Shown here one piece after another: positions 7,833 through 13,554 of a stretch of DNA of 14,441 nt. The stretch is from Candidatus Iainarchaeum sp. (GTDB taxonomy: Archaea > Iainarchaeota > Iainarchaeia > Iainarchaeales > CSSED10-239): NCBI GenBank assembly GCA_028700905.1, contig JAQVRT010000014.1, positions 1 through 14,441 on the forward strand, in the 5' to 3' direction. A program made the translations under genes and the position numbers. The notes under the pieces were generated by a model, which saw nothing but the letters and a program-made list of their open reading frames with translations, did no database searches and had not been told where the DNA came from. Each line of letters opens with the position of its first letter. The first letter of the stretch is position 1.

Positions 7833-7873
7833 TTTGCCATAAATTAAACTAATGGCAAAAATTTTCTTTTTTT
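7833..7873 (+). terminator. Terminator- or attenuator-like hairpin plus T-run in the dsbA-like upstream region
   Basis: TTTGCCAT (7833-7840) pairs with ATGGCAAA (7852-7859), giving an 8-bp stem with three G-C pairs and an 11-nt loop. It is followed by aATTTTCTTTTTTT. The function and the strand are both uncertain. Confidence 0.3.
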
Positions 7874-7925
7874 AAAAAACAAAATATTTAAAATTTATAA
7901 TTAAAAGAAAGAGGAGAGAAATATC

Positions 7926-8576
7926 ATGACAAAAAAAGAAAACAATTTAATGTATATTAAAATTCTTTTAGGAGCTATCTTAGCAGTTTTAGTTTTATTA
8001 TTAGTATTAAATCTATCAAACAATAATAAAACAACAGATGCTTTTTTAAAAGAAACAACAAGTAAAACAGATAACCAAGCAAATCATTTTTTAGGAAATG
8101 AAGATGCACCTTTAGTAATGTATGAATATTCTTCTTTTACATGTCCTTTTTGTAAAAGATATCAAATAGATGATCAAACTTTTGAAACTATTAAAAAAGA
8201 ATATATAGATACAGGAAAAATAAAATATGTTTATCAACACTTTGTAAGAAATGAAGTTGATATTAAAGCTGCAAATGCTGCTGAATGTGCAGGAGAACAA
8301 GATATGTTCTTTGAATATAAAAAGAAACTTTATGAAAATCAAACAGATTTACCAAAAGAAGAATTTTCAAAGTATGCACAAGAACTTGATTTAGATGTTA
8401 CAGCTTTTGAAAGTTGTCTTGCAGAAAACAAATATATAAACAAAATTACACAAGATAAACAAGATGGTGTTAATAAAGGAATTAGTGGAACACCAGGATT
8501 TATTGTTGGAAACCAAAGAATATCTGGTGCTCAAGACTATCAAGTCTTTAAAGCAGCAATAGATGAACAACTATGA
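7926..8576 (+). CDS. Membrane-anchored DsbA/BdbD-like thiol-disulfide oxidoreductase (thioredoxin fold)
   Basis: An N-terminal TM helix (ILLGAILAVLVLLLVL) is followed by the CPFC active site in YSSFTCPFCKRY. Later motifs FVRNE...AANAAECA and GISGTPGFIVG (cis-Pro loop region) are typical of DsbA-family proteins. A strong GAGGAG RBS lies upstream of the ATG. Confidence 0.85.
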   Translation: MTKKENNLMYIKILLGAILAVLVLLLVLNLSNNNKTTDAFLKETTSKTDNQANHFLGNEDAPLVMYEYSSFTCPFCKRYQIDDQTFETIKKEYIDTGKIKYVYQHFVRNEVDIKAANAAECAGEQDMFFEYKKKLYENQTDLPKEEFSKYAQELDLDVTAFESCLAENKYINKITQDKQDGVNKGISGTPGFIVGNQRISGAQDYQVFKAAIDEQL

Positions 8577-8725
8577 ATCTAAATTTACATCTATTAAAAA
8601 TAATAGATGCTAATAAAACAAAGAAAGATAAATTAATTTTTATTCTTTCTTCTTTTTTTTATTTAACATCAATAATAATAGTAAATAAAGTATACATCAC
8701 TTATAAAAACATTATTTTTATTTGA
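8573..8725 (+). CDS. Small (50 aa) single-TM ORF translationally coupled to the dsbA-like gene; possibly the 5' part of a split gene
   Basis: Not in the ORF track. The ATG at 8573 overlaps the dsbA-like TGA as ATGA. My translation is MNLNLHLLKIIDANKTKKDKLIFILSSFFYLTSIIIVNKVYITYKNIIFI*. Its TGA (8723-8725) overlaps the TTG start of the next ORF. Confidence 0.4.
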   Translation: MNLNLHLLKIIDANKTKKDKLIFILSSFFYLTSIIIVNKVYITYKNIIFI

Positions 8726-9069
8726 AAAAAACTTTTTTTATAACATTTATTTTTATAAATATAATAATTGCTATTCTTTTTGGAATAATTATTAATTTAC
8801 TTAGAAAAAGAATAAAAGATTCAAAAGAGATAAGACAAAAAATAGGTCTTGCACCTGTTGGCGTTTTTTTAGGAATCTTAGGTGGTGCATGTCCAGGATG
8901 TGTAACTGGCTTATTACCTTTAATACTTAGTTTATTTGGAATAAGTTTTTCTTTATTATCATTACCATTTAATGGTTTAGAATTATTGTTACTTTCAATA
9001 ATATTAATGATGGTTTCTATTTATTATTTAACAAAAGAACAAAGAGTTTGTAAAGTAAATTACTTATAA
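8722..9069 (+). CDS. Small polytopic membrane protein with a membrane-embedded CPGC motif (TTG start, or continuation of the preceding ORF)
   Basis: Three predicted TM helices, the second carrying GILGGACPGCVTGLLPLIL. There is no in-frame ATG upstream. The only start candidate is TTG at 8722, just after a T5 run and before an A7 run. The frame opens only 15 nt upstream of that TTG. Confidence 0.5.
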   Translation: MKKTFFITFIFINIIIAILFGIIINLLRKRIKDSKEIRQKIGLAPVGVFLGILGGACPGCVTGLLPLILSLFGISFSLLSLPFNGLELLLLSIILMMVSIYYLTKEQRVCKVNYL

Positions 9070-9338
9070 ACATTGTCATGATGATCTACTCTTTCAAAAA
9101 GAATAAATTTTTCTTTTTTAAAAACTTTAAAAATAATTACAAAACTTTTTAAGACATGTACTCTTTTATATTCTTTTAAATCATATCTTAAATTTTTATA
9201 AAAATCAATAGTAATTTCATCTATAGAAATAATTTCATTTATTTTTTTAAAAACAGATTCATAAAGTAACTTGTCTTTCTTATAAATTATAGAAAGGTTA
9301 TTTTCAAATAAATTACTAAAAGAATAATTAAAAGACAT
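9060..9338 (-). CDS. relE: RelE/ParE-superfamily toxin (mRNA interferase-like)
   Basis: The protein is 92 aa. The C-terminal part YKRVHVLKSFVIIFKVFKKEKFILFERVDHHDNVYK follows the RelE pattern yR.R.g.yRiiy.v......i..v.hR..vY. It lies immediately downstream of a small partner ORF, with the partner's stop and this start adjacent. Confidence 0.7.
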   Translation of the reverse strand: MSFNYSFSNLFENNLSIIYKKDKLLYESVFKKINEIISIDEITIDFYKNLRYDLKEYKRVHVLKSFVIIFKVFKKEKFILFERVDHHDNVYK

Positions 9339-9602
9339 TTATTTTTCCTCTATAGATTTTCTAAGTTCAGAAATAGTTTTAGATTTAAAACCTTTTTTTT
9401 TAATATGATAATCACAAGATTTAATTACATCTTTTAAAACTTCTTCTTTTATTTCTCTATCAATAAATTCATCTCCAAACAATTCAACAAATTTATTTAA
9501 AGCATCTCCTTTATCACGTAATCCATATTTTTCTTTAATAACACCTAAAACTCTATTAGTATAAGGATTAATTTTTATATTTAAACCCACATATTTATCC
9601 AT
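9339..9602 (-). CDS. Putative cognate antitoxin (small DNA-binding-type protein)
   Basis: The protein is 87 aa and sits directly upstream of the RelE-like gene with no gap. INPYTNRVLGVIKEKYGLRDKGDALNKFV resembles a motif (YTNRvL..iK.KYGL.dK..Ain) that I recall from small archaeal proteins found next to RelE-like genes. An AGGTGA RBS lies 7 nt upstream of the ATG. Confidence 0.6.
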   Translation of the reverse strand: MDKYVGLNIKINPYTNRVLGVIKEKYGLRDKGDALNKFVELFGDEFIDREIKEEVLKDVIKSCDYHIKKKGFKSKTISELRKSIEEK

Positions 9603-9728
9603 ATAATTTCACCTAATATAATATAAGTTAAACTAATATAAAAAGATATCTAAATTAGAAATATTTTAAAAAAAATAGAAAAGAAAGATTAAATAATATT
9701 TAACCTTTTTTATATTAATAGACAAAAA

Positions 9729-10400
9729 TTATTTTAATTTTTTAGATAAAATTTCATTTTTCTTCTTTAAATCATAAATCATTCCAGCATAACCATGAAC
9801 CATATCAACAATTGTTTGAAGAGAATTTTGAAGATCAGAAATCCCAACATTTAATTTTTCTGGTTTTAAAACATCAATTGCAGTTACACCATAATAATAA
9901 ATTAATCTAAATAAATTAAATAAATCAGCACAAGAAACTTCTGCAGAAATATATGTTGAAAAAAGATCATCATGAACAACTATATCTGCTAAAGTAGAAT
10001 CATACACAAAATATGCAGAATCTTCTTTAAGAGATTTTAATATTTTTTCCATAGCTTCTCTTAAAACTGTTTTATCATCAGATTTAGATTCAATAATTAT
10101 TGAAACTCTAATTGAATTTTTATCATTTTCTGATAATTCCTTTCTTCTTTCTAAAGTTTTTTTAATTTCATCAGATAAATGATACTTAACAGGAAAACCT
10201 TCTTTTTTAATTAATTTTAAAGAAAGCATATTTTTTAAAACAGTTAAAATTTCTTCATAACTTGCATTTGAAAACTCTTTTTTTAAATCATCATCTGTCT
10301 TTGGAGATTTATGAAGAGATTTTGCAATTAAGTCTCTTAAGTTTTTTAAATCATTTTCTTTTTTTATTTCTTGTTCTTTAAAGGATATTTCTTCAGCCAT
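9729..10400 (-). CDS. Hypothetical protein with a probable N-terminal winged-helix domain and a C-terminal coiled-coil
   Basis: SYEEILTVLKNMLSLKLIKKEGFPVKYHLSDE looks like a wHTH recognition helix plus wing. The central alpha/beta region and the final heptad-like tail are unassigned. A TATA-like ATATATATAAT lies about 30 nt upstream of the ATG. Confidence 0.4.
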   Translation of the reverse strand: MAEEISFKEQEIKKENDLKNLRDLIAKSLHKSPKTDDDLKKEFSNASYEEILTVLKNMLSLKLIKKEGFPVKYHLSDEIKKTLERRKELSENDKNSIRVSIIIESKSDDKTVLREAMEKILKSLKEDSAYFVYDSTLADIVVHDDLFSTYISAEVSCADLFNLFRLIYYYGVTAIDVLKPEKLNVGISDLQNSLQTIVDMVHGYAGMIYDLKKKNEILSKKLK

Positions 10401-10485
10401 AATTAATCATTTTTAATAAGTATATATATAATATAGAATACAAAATACTTAAAAATAGAAGGTAAAAATATATTTTGAGAAAAAC

Positions 10486-10499
10486 AATAGGTTTATAAA
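10486..10499 (+). promoter_or_regulatory. BRE/TATA-like promoter (AATAGGTTTATAAA) positioned for a transcript starting at about 10523
   Basis: The TATA octamer is at 10492-10499. Its centre plus 27 nt falls at 10522-10523, which is the first G of the closing stem of the downstream element. The AATAG-n-TTTATAAA arrangement matches the two minus-strand promoters at 1656 and 7685, but here it is on the plus strand. Confidence 0.5.
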
Positions 10500-10522
10500 C
10501 CTTATGTATATTAATATTATTT

Positions 10523-10648
10523 GGTGTGTAGACAAAAGTTAAAAGGTTTGCATCTTTTTTAACTAGTATGCTTTAAGCTAGACTTTATATTAAAGTTAAG
10601 GATTAGTTGCTTAGGTAAATTTTTCTTAATTTTAATCGTTTACACACC
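10523..10648 (+). ncRNA. Candidate structured non-coding RNA of unknown class (alternative reading: MITE-like element)
   Basis: GGTGTGTAGAC (10523-10533) pairs with GTTTACACACC (10638-10648), giving 11 bp with one G-U. Internal helices are AGTTAAAA/TTTTAACT (10537-44 / 10557-64) and ATTAAAGTTAAG/CTTAATTTTAAT (10589-600 / 10625-36, one G-U). Both wobble pairs are allowed only on the plus strand. A promoter sits at -27, and TTTTT follows 2 nt after the stem, with T8 at 10667-10674. No ORF is present. Confidence 0.5.
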
Positions 10649-10768
10649 ATTTTTAATTTAAACTATTTTTTTTAAAATTAATAATAATATTTTCATAAAT
10701 CTATAAAACAAAAAGTATTTATTTAATAAGAAATATAAAATATAAATAAACACAAATAAAGATTATTA

Positions 10769-11059
10769 ATGGATATATTATTTTTAGCAACAGAAGTTAC
10801 AAAAGAAAGTACAAAAGTATTAACATTAAATCCAATGTATTTGGTGTATGCAGTAATACTTATTATTTTAACTGTAATATTCATTAAAGTTTTTAAAAAT
10901 GTAATTGTAAATAGTATAATTGGTGTTGTTGCTTTATTATTTTTAAATTATGTTTTAAACATTAAACTCCCTTTTCTAATAACTTTAATAATAACAGTTA
11001 TTTTTGGTCCTGCAGGTCTTGGTGTTATGCTTGTTTTAAAATTCTTTGGTGTAGTGTAA
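10769..11059 (+). CDS. BofA-like small integral membrane protein
   Basis: The protein is 96 aa. NSIIGVVALLFLNYVLNIKLPFLITLIITVIFGPAGLGVMLVL parallels the conserved core of Bacillus BofA (..G..L....N......I..P.N..T.....G.PG...). Confidence 0.55.
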   Translation: MDILFLATEVTKESTKVLTLNPMYLVYAVILIILTVIFIKVFKNVIVNSIIGVVALLFLNYVLNIKLPFLITLIITVIFGPAGLGVMLVLKFFGVV

Positions 11060-11064
11060 GGTTT

Positions 11065-11862
11065 ATGAATTCAAGATTTATAAATTTTTTTAAACTTAAT
11101 AAAGAAAAAAAAACTACATTACAACCAAAAATAAACTTTAGTTTAAAAAAAGCAATTAAAGGAAAAAAAGAAAAACTAGAAATTACAACTAAAGAAAATA
11201 AATATAAAAAAATAATGTATACTAAAAAAGCAAAAGACTTAATTAAAAATACACCTGGACTTTTAAGAGAGATTAGAGAATATTTAGAAGGTAAAAAATA
11301 TAGGCCTAAAGTATACACTGTTTTTTTAGATAAAGAAAAAGTAAGACTTAGAATAGAAGAAATAAATAGACCTTCAAAAAACAGTATTTTAACAAATAAT
11401 TTTTATAAAATAGAAATTAAAGATGGAAAAGAAATCCATAAATTTTTTGTAAAAAAAAAGAAAATTACAACAAATACTCTTTGCTGCATAGGCACTAGAG
11501 AAATGCAAGCTTTAGATATTATTAATCAAGCAGGATTTAATATTATTAAACCACATTTTGCATATAAAATAAAAGGAAAAGAAAGTTTTATTTTTTATGA
11601 GTATCAAGATAAAATAATTGATGCTGAAAAAGCTTTTCTTGAAAGAAAAATAAACTCTGAAGATATTAAACAAATTTCAAGAAAATTAAATAATCTAGAA
11701 ACAAGAATTAATGATTTTATAAAAGTAAAATATCCTAATGAAAATTTTAAAATCACAGATATTTCTTCAAATACACAAAAAAATAAACATGCACTTCCTG
11801 TTTTTATTGATTTTGAAAACAAGAAACTATTTTTATTTGATCCAATACTTTCAAAAAATTAA
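11065..11862 (+). CDS. Atypical protein-kinase-like (RIO/Kdo-kinase-like) protein with a Lys-rich N-terminal extension
   Basis: It starts 5 nt after the BofA-like stop. The motif order fits a kinase fold: FYKIEIKDGKEIHKFFVKKKK (beta2-beta3 with Lys), GTREMQALDIINQAGFNIIKPHF (alphaC with Glu), SFIFYEYQD (hinge), and KITDISSNTQKN...PVFIDFE (catalytic D...N and metal-binding IDF). The usual His before the catalytic Asp is replaced by Thr. Confidence 0.4.
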   Translation: MNSRFINFFKLNKEKKTTLQPKINFSLKKAIKGKKEKLEITTKENKYKKIMYTKKAKDLIKNTPGLLREIREYLEGKKYRPKVYTVFLDKEKVRLRIEEINRPSKNSILTNNFYKIEIKDGKEIHKFFVKKKKITTNTLCCIGTREMQALDIINQAGFNIIKPHFAYKIKGKESFIFYEYQDKIIDAEKAFLERKINSEDIKQISRKLNNLETRINDFIKVKYPNENFKITDISSNTQKNKHALPVFIDFENKKLFLFDPILSKN

Positions 11863-11867
11863 AAATA

Positions 11868-11899
11868 AAGTTGATTCCTTTTTTTTAAAAAATCAACTT
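11868..11899. terminator. Bidirectional terminator-like hairpin between convergent genes
   Basis: AAGTTGATT (11868-11876) pairs with AATCAACTT (11891-11899). The loop CCTTTTTTTTAAAA can pair further with itself. The hairpin lies between the stops at 11862 (+) and 11915 (-). Confidence 0.45.
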
Positions 11900-11914
11900 A
11901 ATTTAATTTATTAT

Positions 11915-12397
11915 TTAATTAGCCCAAGTAAACTTATAACTTTTTGAAGTTACAATTTGGTTATTTTTAATAGAATCAATATATAAATAATATGAGTCTC
12001 CACATTTATTATCATATCCTTCTAAAATAACATATCCTTTAACACCTTTAGTCATTTTAGGATCAAGATATGCACCAGGAAAACCAACATTATCACTAGA
12101 AGTAACTTTTAATTCCATTAGATTTGCAGAAACATCTTTTAGATATACCTTATATCTTTGATCTTCTCCTTTAGGCATCCAATCAAAAGTAAAATATGCT
12201 TTATCACCTGCAACACAATCTTGATATTGTGCATTTACATTTATAATATCAGCAGGAAGAGGAGCACTATTACCTTGAGCAGTAATTTTAATTGCATCAC
12301 CAGTAGTATTTAATGTAGTGGTTAGAACAACACCTAAGATTAATCCTAAAAGTAAACCAAATAAACCATACACCATTATTTGTTTTTTATTTTTCAT
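11915..12397 (-). CDS. Small secreted or membrane-anchored protein of unknown function
   Basis: I place the start at the second ATG (12397..12395), which has GAGGT 8 nt upstream. The track start at 12412 would add MRFLK. The N-terminal MKNKKQIMVYGLFGLLLGLILGVVL is a signal anchor. The mature part is a beta-rich domain of about 125 aa with two Cys. Confidence 0.6.
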   Translation of the reverse strand: MKNKKQIMVYGLFGLLLGLILGVVLTTTLNTTGDAIKITAQGNSAPLPADIINVNAQYQDCVAGDKAYFTFDWMPKGEDQRYKVYLKDVSANLMELKVTSSDNVGFPGAYLDPKMTKGVKGYVILEGYDNKCGDSYYLYIDSIKNNQIVTSKSYKFTWAN

Positions 12398-12481
12398 TTT
12401 TAAAAACCTCATTTTTATTTTTATAAAATATAATTAATAAAAGATATTGTTATAGAAAACATTTATAAAATAAACTTTTTA
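12381..12481 (-). repeat. Copy A of a duplicated promoter/RBS/first-codons cassette
   Basis: It aligns with 13400-13500 at a constant offset of 1019 nt. By hand I count 6 mismatches in 101 nt, with a 58-nt identical core at 12390-12447. It contains two TATA-like boxes, the ATGAGGTTTTTAAAAATG start region and the Lys-rich first codons. Confidence 0.85.
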
Positions 12482-12495
12482 AAAAAAAAGAAAGA

Positions 12496-12518
12496 AAAGG
12501 TTTATTAAATAAACCTTT
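12496..12518 (-). terminator. Intrinsic-terminator-like hairpin plus T-run after the 304-aa secreted-protein gene
   Basis: AAAGGTTTATT-A-AATAAACCTTT is a palindrome overlapping the stop at 12519..12517. On the minus strand it is followed by TCTTTCTTTTTTTTT. This separates the two cassette-driven genes into independent transcription units. Confidence 0.5.
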
Positions 12519-13416
12519 ATCTTATATTTTTAGAAAAATCTTCTACACTATCTTTTTTCAAAAAATCTTCTTTAGCCATAGATTCTTCTTTAGATAAATT
12601 AGATGAAGAAAATAATTTATTGTTATTATATTCAAATTGAACTACCCTTCGAGCTGAACTAGTGTGAAGTAATTCTACTAATTCAGGAGTACTTTTTTTA
12701 TAATCAGCATGAACAGACAAATAAGCAGTATAAGTTCCATTTTCAAGTTTATTAGGAAACAAACTATATAAATCTAAAGTATGCTCAAAAACACCTGCTT
12801 TTTGAGGGATGTCAATATAATTAGCAAAAAGAAATTCATTATTTGAATTATTAACACTTAAATATAATCTTAAAATAGGCATTGCCTCAGGGTACAACTC
12901 ACCCTTAAAAGTAATCTTATTTGTTAATGGATCTAAAGAAAACTCATAGTAATTAGCAACAACATATTCAGAATTATTTAAATTAAATGATCTATCGTAT
13001 TTAACCCCATTTTCCTTTTCATAGATGTATCTTACATACGGATTTTGTAAATTTTGCTGATTTGCATAAACAGCATTATGAGTACCCATAAATCTTTTGT
13101 CTCCATGTCTATATGTACGTGCGTTAGAATAAGAATGATATCCATTTACATTTGGATAAATAAAACCACTTATAAAACCATTGCTATTAGTATATGCATT
13201 AAATGAAGTACGGTATATATAATAACGTGAATTGTCATCTGAATAAAAAATAGTATCACTGGACAATGCAGCACTGAAGTTATTTTTTTCTGAAACAGTA
13301 GGTTTTATTGCAAAACCTTCTTTTGATAAACTTGGAAGTAAAAATATTACAGCCAACGATAATACAACTACAGCAATTAGTATATATACTGCAGTTAAAT
13401 TTTTTTTCTTTTTCAT
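12517..13416 (-). CDS. Secreted or membrane-anchored protein of unknown function (Tyr/Asn-rich)
   Basis: I place the start at the second ATG (13416..13414), preceded by the same GAGGT RBS. The track start is 13431. The N-terminus is MKKKKNLTAVYILIAVVVLSLAVIFLL. I recognise no domain in the remainder. Confidence 0.6.
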   Translation of the reverse strand: MKKKKNLTAVYILIAVVVLSLAVIFLLPSLSKEGFAIKPTVSEKNNFSAALSSDTIFYSDDNSRYYIYRTSFNAYTNSNGFISGFIYPNVNGYHSYSNARTYRHGDKRFMGTHNAVYANQQNLQNPYVRYIYEKENGVKYDRSFNLNNSEYVVANYYEFSLDPLTNKITFKGELYPEAMPILRLYLSVNNSNNEFLFANYIDIPQKAGVFEHTLDLYSLFPNKLENGTYTAYLSVHADYKKSTPELVELLHTSSARRVVQFEYNNNKLFSSSNLSKEESMAKEDFLKKDSVEDFSKNIR

Positions 13417-13500
13417 TTTTAAAAACCTCATTTTTATTTTTATAAAATATAATTAATAAAAGATATAGTTATAGAAAGCATTTATAAAATTAACTTATTA
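13400..13500 (-). repeat. Copy B of the duplicated promoter/RBS/first-codons cassette
   Basis: See copy A. The two copies are in direct orientation, 1019 nt apart. Confidence 0.85.
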
Positions 13501-13554
13501 GAAAAATAATTTTAAAGAAAACAAATAAAAACATAAACTTCTTTAATATTAAAT

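Noticed and set aside
7810-7842. 10-codon ORF (MFLKRKTNLP) in the ino1/dsbA-like intergenic region
   Set aside because: It is too short to support without conservation or ribosome data. It overlaps the hairpin arm and is probably fortuitous.
8112-8342. 76-aa minus-strand ORF
   Set aside because: It is antisense inside the DsbA-like gene, with a Phe/Ile-rich shadow composition.
10523-10648. Interpretation of the 126-nt element as 5S rRNA or as an intron-containing tRNA
   Set aside because: The length and closing helix recall 5S rRNA. However, the first arm is only 28 nt, the CCGAAC loop-C motif is absent, and AAGUUAAG is in the wrong arm. For tRNA, the closing stem is 11 bp rather than 7 bp, position 8 is A, and no D-arm or T-arm (TTCRANT) can be drawn.
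11025-11318. 97-aa minus-strand ORF, plus 11604-11822 (-) and 11738-11947 (+)
   Set aside because: They overlap the BofA-like and kinase-like genes or run through the convergent terminator. They are hydrophobic or low-complexity shadow frames with no translation signals.
12398-12412. The first ATG (MRFLK...) as the true start of both cassette-driven genes, also at 13417-13431
   Set aside because: No RBS precedes it. The GAGG within ATGAGGT is ideally spaced, at 8 nt, for the second ATG. This call remains uncertain. The difference is 5 codons.
12381-13500. The two 101-nt repeats as a diversity-generating retroelement template/variable repeat pair
   Set aside because: The repeats cover promoters and 5' ends, not a C-terminal variable region. 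The 6 mismatches are not adenine-specific. No reverse transcriptase is present in the window.
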